Below, in pieces: positions 39,201-48,332 of a stretch of 64,000 nucleotides of DNA; position 1 is the first letter of the stretch; every line of letters begins with the position of its first letter. Both the position numbers and the translations under genes were made by a program. The notes under the pieces were generated by a model. The model was given only the letters and a program-made list of their open reading frames with translations, had not been told where the DNA came from and did not search any database. The stretch is taken from positions 186,001 to 250,000 of the IMG/VR virus record IMGVR_UViG_3300037502_003770; one strand, 5' to 3'.

Positions 39201-39676
39201 TTAATATTAGAATAAGTAGTAGAATCTATTACTAATTCATTACTAGTATTTAAAGTAAATTGTTTTGATAAAGATACGACATCTTGAGCATCAATATTAG
39301 TTGTAGAACTCATAGTAGGTGTTGAATCAACCCCAGTTGGAATAGATAATGTCCATACTTTACCAGCATTATAACCACTCAAACCTAATACTCTAGTAAT
39401 ATATAATTGATTACCTTCTTCTAAATATTGGTCAGCATAGTATTGACCCAAATATTTTAAATTATTACCTATTTTTTCAGGTGTAGTCTGACCAAAAACA
39501 GAAGTTTTTTCTGTTTGATTTTTTAAAAAGATTCTTTCAAACGCAGGTCCTTTAGGAAATTCACCTACAATAGCTGCGGTAGTTACACCAAGCTGTTCAA
39601 CTCTATTAGCTGTTAAATCGGTTTCCCTTATTTTAACGCCTGGCGATTGAAAATTAAATTCATTATTTGTTGCCAT
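36239..39676 (-). CDS. Tail sheath protein (T4 gp18-like) with large S/T/N-rich insertion
   Basis: SPGVKIRETD, APWFAPAGLTRG, RINPI, GQRTL, INVRRL, LLFEQND; CTATTTA (minus) at 39695-39701. Confidence 0.93.
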   Translation of the reverse strand: MATNNEFNFQSPGVKIRETDLTANRVEQLGVTTAAIVGEFPKGPAFERIFLKNQTEKTSVFGQTTPEKIGNNLKYLGQYYADQYLEEGNQLYITRVLGLSGYNAGKVWTLSIPTGVDSTPTMSSTTNIDAQDVVSLSKQFTLNTSNELVIDSTTYSNINFNSVNSGSNVSPAVSDGSFTINSPKTKFTALGKQFIFNNVTDVVSSTLDYTATTRTFNSSTSFTNISAVTLTSTTVTIQPTFLLAYIPSINSFDIFRTGFFDNTNYFPVSEFITRITGVTSSNINIDTTTSKIVVYNNSIGYSSTTLNSFYPSNDIFMGYQDPLNNNYNSVNYYSSQTNKPTVVYIVNTLNNISAVTTSQFTDTVTSFTGKSFIYDNNTGILSIPSDGLNLSTNLISSAFTISDSGYSDSSTYVNNVTVKRSYNFKNLGSLVNNLKIGDLQEYNVLYSRAAIITPAKYKVVATLRSNASYSANNLIFDVNTVTISNSTNKAFGDFTLTANGSFGTETYVCSLDPSKSNYIEKVLSKSLSSNKKLILENVYTNYIRKSIENNTFYLDVPSKLTLLDNNQFKDFNTQYKTPETPFVVSELQGNTVKRLFKFVNISDGDAANKEIKISITNIEPSTGEFDVVIRDFNDTDENPVILEQFSKCTMNESVNNFIGKKIGCVLENDLNSTMYDIVSKYVYIVLPVNFSQTSYPCGFEGYKIRNYSNIDSTLLPLDMLYKTSYSTSDNINRTYLGISEKAFNTSTFTSKNVDSDILKYIGVTNSSQSIATTNGFHLDVNATGVTTTTFTVGTGAIRNSTDVLSGTYSNKAARKFTVLSYGGFDGWDIYRSNRTNTDLFKVGAVNGFSTSDYYAYLLGYREYANSEASLINILMTPGVNFSDNESLVSEVISMIENERQDCLYLIDAPDLPSSPNLANEIVGLLDSTSINTSYGATYYSWIKIVDSLTKTNIYIPPTGEVARVIALTDKTNAPWFAPAGLTRGLLTQGINVRKTFTEADRDILQQGRINPIAKFTNVGLDIFGQRTLRGPVSDNSLLNKINVRRLMLYAKQVVKEISRTLLFEQNDEVAGQQFLDKVNPIFEQIKRDRGLRRFSVVYSPNNTPETIDRGQLFFQIKLTPTSALEEIGIDFILTPSDNSVSFTEA

Positions 39677-39815
39677 TATTTATAATTTTTATTATAAATA
39701 GTAAAACAAACTCAGCTTTTCTGAAAAAAATAAAAAACCACAAGATAAAATCTTATGGTTTTAATAACTAATAAACATTATGAGTAAAATAATATTTACA
39801 AAAATAAATATTAAA

Positions 39816-40460
39816 TTATGAGAACTGAGTTAAATTAGGTGGTGAATAACTTTTACTTTTGATTACTTTACCGTATTCATTTTTCAAAGCTTTACCATTT
39901 TCTAATTTACTCATATTTGAGCGATGAACTTCTTCAAAGGCTTCATTAAATTGTGGGAATAATTTAGTACCTAAATCATATATTTCTAAAATAAATTTAT
40001 TTAATACATAAAAAAGTTCTTTTGAAGATTTTTTCTCATTAATACTTAATTTAGTATCATTATTCATATACGTAATTAGATTATTATATATTATATCTAA
40101 ATATTTATAATTAGAATAAATATAAATTTCACTTAATTTTTTATCATCTAATGATAAGGATTGATTTAAGTAAAGAGGTTTATATCCAAAAGAAGCTAAT
40201 GTACCTAAAGAAACATAAATTAAATCAAGTAAAGCGTCTAGTTCTTCAGTTCTTGTTTCAGAAGAAATTAATTCATCAAATTCTTCTTTTATTAAAGAAG
40301 TTCTCAATTGAAGAGTTTCTCTATCTATTTCAGATAGAGTTTTTTGTGTAGTATTTACTTCTTGGTCGCAAGCTTGCATAAAAGCAACTACACTATCGTA
40401 CATTGAATTTATTGTATTGTGAGTTTCTTGTTCAAATTCAAATCTATATTTTGTATTCAT
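39816..40460 (-). CDS. MazG-like/PRA-PH-like nucleotide pyrophosphohydrolase
   Basis: LIKEEFDEL, ELDALLDLIYV, FEEVHRSNMSK, GKVIK..Y.PPNL. Confidence 0.85.
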   Translation of the reverse strand: MNTKYRFEFEQETHNTINSMYDSVVAFMQACDQEVNTTQKTLSEIDRETLQLRTSLIKEEFDELISSETRTEELDALLDLIYVSLGTLASFGYKPLYLNQSLSLDDKKLSEIYIYSNYKYLDIIYNNLITYMNNDTKLSINEKKSSKELFYVLNKFILEIYDLGTKLFPQFNEAFEEVHRSNMSKLENGKALKNEYGKVIKSKSYSPPNLTQFS

Positions 40461-40463
40461 AAA

Positions 40464-40739
40464 TTATATTAAGTTTAAAAGTTTTTTTATTTTATAAAGT
40501 AATGTTTTTTTAATTTTATTTTCTTCTTGTTCTTTTATTATTATTTCTTTAATAATATCAGGTTTTTGTATAATAAGTTTTTTTGCAAAAGTAGATTTAT
40601 ATTTATCAATATTTTCATCTATTTTTTCAATATTATCTTCATAATTAATATACTCCATATCGGTAGTAATATTTAATTCATTAATAGCTTCAACTATTTC
40701 ATCATCAATTTCTACAATTTTTTTATTAGTTTTATTCAT
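40464..40739 (-). CDS. Hypothetical protein
   Basis: Same-strand packed ORF. Confidence 0.6.
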   Translation of the reverse strand: MNKTNKKIVEIDDEIVEAINELNITTDMEYINYEDNIEKIDENIDKYKSTFAKKLIIQKPDIIKEIIIKEQEENKIKKTLLYKIKKLLNLI

Positions 40740-41061
40740 ATTCTAAATTTATATCGGTTTCTATTTTATCTAAAAGGTCTTTCATATCTTCTATTTCTTT
40801 TAGAATTGATTTTGAATCATCAATATTATTTTCTTCTAATGAAAATTGATTAATTACAACTAATTGATTATTATTCAACCAATTTTTTTCTATTATAGAA
40901 TCTATTTCATTAATGTTAATATTTTTTGATACATAATAATCATATATATCATTATATAAATACACAGGTTTATTATACTTACCTGCTGTTGTCGTTAATT
41001 GTTTAATCATAATATTATATAAAAGAGTTCTCAAACATTTTATAAAGTGATAAAAAATCAA
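40732..41061 (-). CDS. Hypothetical protein (true start may be internal)
   Basis: Same-strand packed ORF overlapping neighbours. Confidence 0.5.
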   Translation of the reverse strand: MIFYHFIKCLRTLLYNIMIKQLTTTAGKYNKPVYLYNDIYDYYVSKNININEIDSIIEKNWLNNNQLVVINQFSLEENNIDDSKSILKEIEDMKDLLDKIETDINLEYE

Positions 41062-41473
41062 GTAAAATTACTTCATCTTTTTCTTTAAAAAATGAAAAAT
41101 AATAGATAAAAACCGTTACATCGTTATAGTAAGAAGGTTTATTATCAAAGAAATTAACCAAATAATAATTATATAAGTAATTGTATAATTCTTTTGTTGG
41201 CTCAAATTTAATATTTACTAAAAGTAAATCGTTTTTGGTTTTATTTAAACACCATTTAAAATGTCCCTCAATATCATTATCATTTTTTAAATAATCTGGA
41301 CCAAAAAATGTATTATGTAAATAATATAATAATTTTGTAACTACATCTTTATAAAGATTGCAATTGTATAAGTTGATATTATTTTTAATATAAAGGTCAA
41401 GGAGTTTATTCTCTTTACTACCTTGACCCCTACTTACTATATTATCATTTTTATTCATATTTTCTTTTATCAT
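41015..41473 (-). CDS. Hypothetical protein
   Basis: 152-aa ORF. Confidence 0.55.
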   Translation of the reverse strand: MIKENMNKNDNIVSRGQGSKENKLLDLYIKNNINLYNCNLYKDVVTKLLYYLHNTFFGPDYLKNDNDIEGHFKWCLNKTKNDLLLVNIKFEPTKELYNYLYNYYLVNFFDNKPSYYNDVTVFIYYFSFFKEKDEVILLDFLSLYKMFENSFI

Positions 41474-41533
41474 TTAAATATATATAGTTTATGTATTTAT
41501 ATACTTTAAAAGAAAATATTATTAAAGTATATG

Positions 41534-43495
41534 TTATTTTATTTTTTTATTAATAGTTTTTTTACTATCATATTTATCGTAGTTATGGTTAACTAGTTGT
41601 TTAAACTTACTACTACTTTCTTTTAATAGTGTTAAATTTTTATTATCTTTTTCGTAATAAATTTTACCTGTTTCTTGATTATAAAAATATTGATTATCAA
41701 AATTAACTTTAGTATCTTCATTTATTGGTGTTACTAATTCTAATTTAATAAACTCATCTTTATTAATAAATTTATTTTGTCTAATATTATCTTTACTTTC
41801 AGTAATAAATTCTTTTTGTTTAATATCATTTATAAAATAAAAGGTAATTAATTCAGAAGATTCATCTAATTTAGGTTTAGGTAAATTAGTATTCATTCTT
41901 CCTGGAGGTGTATTTGGTTGATTTAAACGTTTTTTCTCATCACGTCTTTTTTTACCTTGATTATATAAATCATCACCCATATATTTTTTACTATTCTTTT
42001 CCCATTCTTTATTAGGATATGTAGGTTCTAAGTCTTCAAGACCTCTATGTACAACTTCTAAATATTCTTTATTATTATCAGTATTATCAATTGCTTTTCT
42101 TAAAACATTTAATTTTTTACTATCTTTATCATAATCATGTTCAAATTCTATACTTTCAGTAGAACCTGATTTTCTATTAATCATTTTTTGTACACCTTTA
42201 TTTAAATCTTTAAAATAAGTCTTACTATTCTTTGAATTTTCTTTATTGATTTTATCTATGTTTTTAAGAAAAGGATGTTTAGTTTCTTCATTCATATATA
42301 AAGAATTAATTTCACTCATTAAAGATTCAGCATCTAAAATTTGTTTATCAATATCTGATGTATTATCAGAAAACTTACCATTTTCAATACCTGTATAAAT
42401 ATCATTAATTTCATCATCTGAACAATAAACTAAGTCTGTTTCAGAATATTCATCTGAATTTGATAAAATAAAATTTATTTTACCTTTTCTACTTTCAATA
42501 TGATGTTCATCTATATTATTTGAATAATTTTCATTTAAAAAATTATCAACTTCATTAATATTAGAAATATCTATATTTTTAAAGTATTTTTCTTGTATTT
42601 GTTTTCTACTAACGATACTCATATCTTTATTTATTTGTTTACTTTTTATTTTATCTACTATTTTATTTTTTGGGTCAAACATATCTTGACCTTTACTTAA
42701 ATTAAATACACCCCTCATTAAAGGAAATCCACTACCACCAAAAACAGAAGCAGTTGTTGTAGTTTCGGTTAATTCATTAGAAGAATTTATTTTTTCATAA
42801 AAATAATTTTCATCAATTTCTCTAATTAATTTAAATCCTAATTTTTCTAAAACTTTTTTATAAATATTGTGTTTTTTATCTGTTGAACTGTATGATAAAT
42901 TCTTAATATTTTCTTTTTTAATAGTATAATTTAATACGTCAATAATAAATTTAAATACTTTATATTGTTCAAATTTATTAGTCTCGTTTGGACTATCATT
43001 ATAATAAAATTTAAATGTTAGTGTATTTTTATTAATTTTTAATTTTATTTGATAATCATCTATTACTATATCTTTCTCTATAGTACCATATTCATTTTCT
43101 CTATTATTATAATTATATTGTGATATTATCTCATCATTAATTGAACCGTAATCTTTTGTAGGGTCCATTATTTCTTTAAGAGAAGAAGTTTTTTTATTTC
43201 TTTCTTTCTCTTGGTCAACAATATTTTTTATCGAAATATATAATTGAAAAATATCAGGATTATTCTTAACATATTTGTTATATAATATAGTATTAATTAC
43301 TTCATTCCAATGATAACCATATAGCGCAGCAGAAGTTCTAACCAAATGTTCATACTTAGCTTTAATTTGAGGAACATATTCTAATAGAGTTTCCATAGAT
43401 AAAAGATTAAACAATTTATCTTTTTTCAAAGACTTTTTCTTTTTCTTCTTAACTCTAAGTATTTGAGTAGATATTGGTATATTACTATAAGACAT
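41534..43495 (-). CDS. Hypothetical multi-module protein, possibly head-associated
   Basis: 653 aa; CTATTTA (minus) at 43520-43526; NELTETTTTAS and several [LI]xE motifs. Confidence 0.7.
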   Translation of the reverse strand: MSYSNIPISTQILRVKKKKKKSLKKDKLFNLLSMETLLEYVPQIKAKYEHLVRTSAALYGYHWNEVINTILYNKYVKNNPDIFQLYISIKNIVDQEKERNKKTSSLKEIMDPTKDYGSINDEIISQYNYNNRENEYGTIEKDIVIDDYQIKLKINKNTLTFKFYYNDSPNETNKFEQYKVFKFIIDVLNYTIKKENIKNLSYSSTDKKHNIYKKVLEKLGFKLIREIDENYFYEKINSSNELTETTTTASVFGGSGFPLMRGVFNLSKGQDMFDPKNKIVDKIKSKQINKDMSIVSRKQIQEKYFKNIDISNINEVDNFLNENYSNNIDEHHIESRKGKINFILSNSDEYSETDLVYCSDDEINDIYTGIENGKFSDNTSDIDKQILDAESLMSEINSLYMNEETKHPFLKNIDKINKENSKNSKTYFKDLNKGVQKMINRKSGSTESIEFEHDYDKDSKKLNVLRKAIDNTDNNKEYLEVVHRGLEDLEPTYPNKEWEKNSKKYMGDDLYNQGKKRRDEKKRLNQPNTPPGRMNTNLPKPKLDESSELITFYFINDIKQKEFITESKDNIRQNKFINKDEFIKLELVTPINEDTKVNFDNQYFYNQETGKIYYEKDNKNLTLLKESSSKFKQLVNHNYDKYDSKKTINKKIK

Positions 43496-43528
43496 TATTT
43501 ATATAAGTAAATTTAAATATAAATAGTA

Positions 43529-43552
43529 AAACCGTAAAATATTTTACGGTTT
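43529..43552. terminator. Perfect 24-bp palindrome, probable terminator
   Basis: aaaccgtaaaatattttacggttt; stem resembles the hairpin at 36192. Confidence 0.65.
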
Positions 43553-43575
43553 ATAATAAAATCAAATAATTTTTA

Positions 43576-44913
43576 TTAATCATATGAATGACAAGTAGAT
43601 TTATTTTTATCACATATATCTAATTTGGAACTTAATTTAGTATATTTTGGTTTTTGTTCACTATTAGTTTTATTTTTTGCAATAACTCTCATTTTATTTC
43701 TATCTTGCGAAACTTGTACCCATTTATGATATGAACCATCTTTAATAATAAAACCATTTATTTCAATAGGTTCACTTTGCCCCATAGAATTAGATTTATA
43801 TTTTAGAGGTATATTACTTTTTTGTAATTTTTGAATATACCAATCTAAATAACCATCTTTATTTCTTTTAGAAACCCATCTATGAGTTGGATTATTTTTA
43901 CTATATACTGTATCGCCTTCATTATTGGGTTCATAATTTGGGAATCCATTTTCGATTTTATCTTTTGTTATAAACGTTGTATCTGAATTTTTACTAATAC
44001 TAGGTGCTACAGATGATTGATTAAAACCACCATAACTCTGTGCATTAGCCTGATTATTCATACCTAATAAAGAAGATGCTGCTAATGCAGTACCAGCTAA
44101 AGCTGATTTCCATCCTTCATTAAGTTCTTCTTTTTTAAAGTAAATTTCTATTAATTTTTCAAGTTTATCTAACTGAGAAGAATCACTATTTTCAAAAAGA
44201 TGATTAATTTTTTTAGAAATACTTTCTTTCTTTTTAGATTTAATTACTTCTTCTTTTAAGATAGATTTTACCTCTCTTTCAATAAATTCGTTTAGTGATA
44301 TTTTTTTCATAATTTGTTTTTCGTATATTAATTGTTCTAATTTTTCATAATTTATATTTAAAGCATCTAATGCAATTTGTACTTCTTTTAAACATTCTTT
44401 TCTACCACCACCAAAAAGTATTACATTATTAACAGACATATCATTAATAAAATCCATCAACTCAGGTATATGAATATAACCACGTTCACTACTTAAAAAA
44501 TCAATTATTTCTTCACTTGTTAAATCATTTTCTTTTTTAAATTGATTCCATTTTGATTTATTTAAATCACGTGCATCATTAATAGTATTTTTGTACATAA
44601 ATCTAACTAAAGCAATAATATCGCTATGGTCAATATTACTATCCATACAGTCACGAAAAAAAGCATACCCTTTATCATAAAATTTAATACTTTCAAGACA
44701 CTCTTCATCAGCACCTTTTTCATATAACCAATGAATATATTCTGATTCAGTTTCAAAACCCATAGAATCACCATTATAAAATAATACTATTTTATTAGTG
44801 GAATAATTTTTATTTAAAAAATTAATAAAATTTCTAATCATTTCTCTCCCAATATATTGTTCATATGCTGGTTGTATATCAATGGAGAAAATAACTCTAT
44901 TATTGTAATTCAT
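43576..44913 (-). CDS. Isochorismatase/cysteine-hydrolase-like domain plus C-terminal module with hydrophobic leader
   Basis: IFSIDIQP...ILFGGGRKECL..V..AL pattern; linker LNEFIEREVKSILKEE; LNE-GWKSALAGTALAASSLLG; CTATTTA (minus) at 44928-44934. Confidence 0.55.
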   Translation of the reverse strand: MNYNNRVIFSIDIQPAYEQYIGREMIRNFINFLNKNYSTNKIVLFYNGDSMGFETESEYIHWLYEKGADEECLESIKFYDKGYAFFRDCMDSNIDHSDIIALVRFMYKNTINDARDLNKSKWNQFKKENDLTSEEIIDFLSSERGYIHIPELMDFINDMSVNNVILFGGGRKECLKEVQIALDALNINYEKLEQLIYEKQIMKKISLNEFIEREVKSILKEEVIKSKKKESISKKINHLFENSDSSQLDKLEKLIEIYFKKEELNEGWKSALAGTALAASSLLGMNNQANAQSYGGFNQSSVAPSISKNSDTTFITKDKIENGFPNYEPNNEGDTVYSKNNPTHRWVSKRNKDGYLDWYIQKLQKSNIPLKYKSNSMGQSEPIEINGFIIKDGSYHKWVQVSQDRNKMRVIAKNKTNSEQKPKYTKLSSKLDICDKNKSTCHSYD

Positions 44914-44948
44914 TTTATATTTTATATTAAATAGAAAAAGTCGTAATT

Positions 44949-45200
44949 TTATTTACGACTTTCATCAATCTTTTTCTGCATTTTATCTATTTTTTCAATT
45001 TCTAAATCCATATAATATTGTTTATATGGAACACCCATTGTTTTAATATCTTGATAACTATATCCACATTCACTTACTAAAAAATGTATTTGTTTGTGAA
45101 GAAGTTCTTTATATTCATACGTATTATATGGGGAATAAACGACCTCCAAAGTTAATGGGACTAAAAAAGCTTTCTCCTGTGGATGGACTAACAAACTCAT
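44949..45200 (-). CDS. Small ORF overlapping the gp26-like gene; candidate frameshift extension
   Basis: Overlaps 45124-45894 by 77 nt in the +1 frame; protein-like part LHKQIHFLV...YSYQDIKTM begins near the upstream stop. Confidence 0.55.
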   Translation of the reverse strand: MSLLVHPQEKAFLVPLTLEVVYSPYNTYEYKELLHKQIHFLVSECGYSYQDIKTMGVPYKQYYMDLEIEKIDKMQKKIDESRK

Positions 45201-45894
45201 AGTTGTAGTCTACCCCAGGTGTTACCTCGTTAATATATTGTTGTAATTCAAGACTATCAGAAGGTTTCATAGTTCTAACAAAATTTAATATATATAATTT
45301 ATCCCTATTACCATTAATTTCCATTATAGAATTAGTATAAAATTCAGTAATAAAATTTTTAACACCACCTCTTAAAGCAGCATTACTTTCAGATTTTTTT
45401 CTAACTTGATTAAACTCATTTCCTGAAAGTAATCTAAATTTAATAGTATCTTTTTTTGAAGGTAAAATAAAAGTAAATTCGTTTTTTTCATCAGGGACTA
45501 CAGTTAATTCTTTAAATTTTAAATTAAATAAATCAACTTTTGTATTAAAAGCTTTTCTTTCAGGGTCAAAAATATCAATAACATTAACATCAAAAATGTT
45601 TCCATATCCACTACAACGTAAATGTATTAATAACCAATCTTTATCACCATTAATTAATTCATCAACGTTAATATCTTTATCAATTATTTTTTTCTTTAAT
45701 AAAACATCAAATGCTTTATCTGAACGAACCAAAGATTCTGTTGTTAATATATCTTCATCTTCAGTAACTAAATCAGATATATGTACTTCACTTTTTTTAT
45801 GTGAATATAGTAAACCTTTGCTTGGTATTTGAACTAAATCACTATTAATTTTAAATTCATTATTGGTATTACCTAAAAATGTATTATTTTCCAT
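45124..45894 (-). CDS. T4 gp26-like baseplate hub/tail assembly chaperone
   Basis: VQIPSKGLLY, LVTEDEDIL, GDKDWLLIHLR, YG; CTATTTA (minus) at 45917-45923. Confidence 0.7.
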   Translation of the reverse strand: MENNTFLGNTNNEFKINSDLVQIPSKGLLYSHKKSEVHISDLVTEDEDILTTESLVRSDKAFDVLLKKKIIDKDINVDELINGDKDWLLIHLRCSGYGNIFDVNVIDIFDPERKAFNTKVDLFNLKFKELTVVPDEKNEFTFILPSKKDTIKFRLLSGNEFNQVRKKSESNAALRGGVKNFITEFYTNSIMEINGNRDKLYILNFVRTMKPSDSLELQQYINEVTPGVDYNYEFVSPSTGESFFSPINFGGRLFPI

Positions 45895-45967
45895 ATGTAA
45901 AAAGATTATTTTATTTTAAATAGTTCAAAATAAAAGAATAAATCTATTTATATAAAAATATATTTAG

Positions 45968-48301
45968 ATGTCAAGGATTACATATATAAAATTAAATGAA
46001 GATGTTAGACAGTTTCCTAATACAGAAGCGGTTTTTTCAGGAAGTTCATCTTTTATTCAAGGAATTAAAGTTAAAAATATTGAAATTGACCCAACATTAA
46101 ATCCTACTTATGGAGATGGTTTATATTTTGATGGTGTTAAATTTATATCTTCTCCAATGACTTCGTATCAAGATGAAATTGTAAATGGTATGAATGTTAC
46201 AGTTGACGATGATAATGCTTTAATTTTAAATATATCAGCTGGAGCATTTAAATTAAAAGGTATAAATTACCCTTTTACTGGTCAATCAGTTACTTTAAAT
46301 ACTGGTGATACAATAAATCCGAGATTTGATATTATATATGTAAATTCAGCTTCAACAATAAATATTTTACAAGGGACACCTTCTCCTTCACCTGCTTTAC
46401 CAACTTTAAGTAATGATTTTTTGGAAGTATCAATCATATTTATTACACCAGGTTATTTTTCAGGTTCAACTGGTACTACTATTGTAAATAATAATCAAAA
46501 CGCTGTAATTGGTGTCCCTGAAGATGGTACTTATTCTGATGGTTTGTTTACTGATTTTACACCAGCTACACCGATAGGAATTCCAATAGATAGATTTAAT
46601 GAAGTTTTGTTAGCTTTAGCACCTTCGCCAGCGCCAAATTTATATGAATTAAATACTGTAACATCACATCCAAGTGCTAGATTATCTTTTGGTACAAGTA
46701 AACCAATATCAGGATATAGTAATGTTACAGGTGTAACATCTTTATCACCAGTAGATGTAAATGGTGATTTTATTAATTCTGGTTATAGAAAAGGTGTATT
46801 TAGAAATTCACCTTCAAATATAATTTTTAATTTAAATGATATTGTAACACAAACAAGTGGATATAGTGGTAAATCTTTTAATGAAGGTAATTTAGGTATA
46901 TTAAATTTATATTTAAATGGTTTAATTATTAATACTTTAAATTTAACACTAAATACAGGTGCGACAAGTAATTCACAAAATAATACAACTATAAGTGCTT
47001 CAAGTGTAACTAATATTAAATCTAATACTGGTGCTGATTTTAAATTATTTAAATATAGAACAGGTACAGTTACTTTAAATCGTGATTCTTGGCAAAATGG
47101 TTATAATTATTGTAAAGTAGAACATGTAATAGATAATATAGTAAGGTCAACAAATTTTGTAGATTTTATTCATGACCACACATCTATATCAGATAATAAT
47201 TTAGTTGTAAGTAATACTTCTTTAACAAGAAATTCTTTACTTGGAGAAAGATATTTATCTGGTATAAAATATAATACTGGTGCAACATTTACTTATGATT
47301 GTACGATTGGTAATTATTATAAAAATGTTTATCCTGCAAGTAGTGTAACCGATGCTTTTAGATTTAATTTAACTAATGTATCTACTTTAAATTCTTCGAT
47401 AGTATTAAGTGGAACAGGTTTAACTTCTTCAATTACAGGTAATAGTACAAATATTATTTCAGCACAAACAATTACTACTGATAGTAATAGTCATTTAGCT
47501 AATGTAAGATTAATTGGAAATTATAGAACTTTACCAACAGCTACTTTACTTGGAAGTGGTACTAGTTTAAGTATGAGTATTAGTACTAATCACCCATTAA
47601 AAAATAATTTGTCTAATAGTAATCCACTTTCATTAAATAATTTTCTTATATTTAACCCTTCGTTAGTAAATACTAATAGTACAGAATATTTTTCTGATGA
47701 AAGTTATAGATTAATTAATAGAGATTATACAGATAATGGAATAAATTATTCTACAATAACAGGAAGTTCATTTTTTGATAGTACTTTATCTATTATAACA
47801 GGTACTAACCAAACGAATAATTTATTATGTTATAATAATAGATTATATTATCCAAAAAATTCTGATATTCCAAATAACGGTGATTTTAATAATAGTAATT
47901 TAGTTAATAGTGAATTTTCTTTAAATCCAGATTATTCTTCACAAACAGCTGATTCTGTATATTATAGAATATTTAAAAAAACAACACCTGCTTCAGTAAG
48001 TAATTTTACTTTTCAAATAAGTGGTGTTAATAGTACAGCTTCTAATAATGGAAGTATTTCTAATAATATAATAGCTCTTGAGTGCGTTATAATTAAAACT
48101 ACAGGTGTAAGAACTCAGGTATTAAATTTAAGTACTACAAATACAGGTGGTTATAGTATAGTAGGTACTTTTTCATTTAATAATATAAACACTTTTTCAT
48201 TAGGTAGTGATAATATAAATGAAAATGATATTTTAGTATTTAGATTAGGAGCAACACAAAATTGGACTGGGTATGTTTCTATGATTAATTTTAATTTATA
48301 A
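45968..48301 (+). CDS. Virion structural protein (tail/fibre-associated, S/T/N/G-rich)
   Basis: 777 aa beta-rich; CTATTTA at 45944-45950; no enzyme motif. Confidence 0.65.
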   Translation: MSRITYIKLNEDVRQFPNTEAVFSGSSSFIQGIKVKNIEIDPTLNPTYGDGLYFDGVKFISSPMTSYQDEIVNGMNVTVDDDNALILNISAGAFKLKGINYPFTGQSVTLNTGDTINPRFDIIYVNSASTINILQGTPSPSPALPTLSNDFLEVSIIFITPGYFSGSTGTTIVNNNQNAVIGVPEDGTYSDGLFTDFTPATPIGIPIDRFNEVLLALAPSPAPNLYELNTVTSHPSARLSFGTSKPISGYSNVTGVTSLSPVDVNGDFINSGYRKGVFRNSPSNIIFNLNDIVTQTSGYSGKSFNEGNLGILNLYLNGLIINTLNLTLNTGATSNSQNNTTISASSVTNIKSNTGADFKLFKYRTGTVTLNRDSWQNGYNYCKVEHVIDNIVRSTNFVDFIHDHTSISDNNLVVSNTSLTRNSLLGERYLSGIKYNTGATFTYDCTIGNYYKNVYPASSVTDAFRFNLTNVSTLNSSIVLSGTGLTSSITGNSTNIISAQTITTDSNSHLANVRLIGNYRTLPTATLLGSGTSLSMSISTNHPLKNNLSNSNPLSLNNFLIFNPSLVNTNSTEYFSDESYRLINRDYTDNGINYSTITGSSFFDSTLSIITGTNQTNNLLCYNNRLYYPKNSDIPNNGDFNNSNLVNSEFSLNPDYSSQTADSVYYRIFKKTTPASVSNFTFQISGVNSTASNNGSISNNIIALECVIIKTTGVRTQVLNLSTTNTGGYSIVGTFSFNNINTFSLGSDNINENDILVFRLGATQNWTGYVSMINFNL

Positions 48302-48332
48302 TTAGTACTATTTATATTTAAAATATATAATA

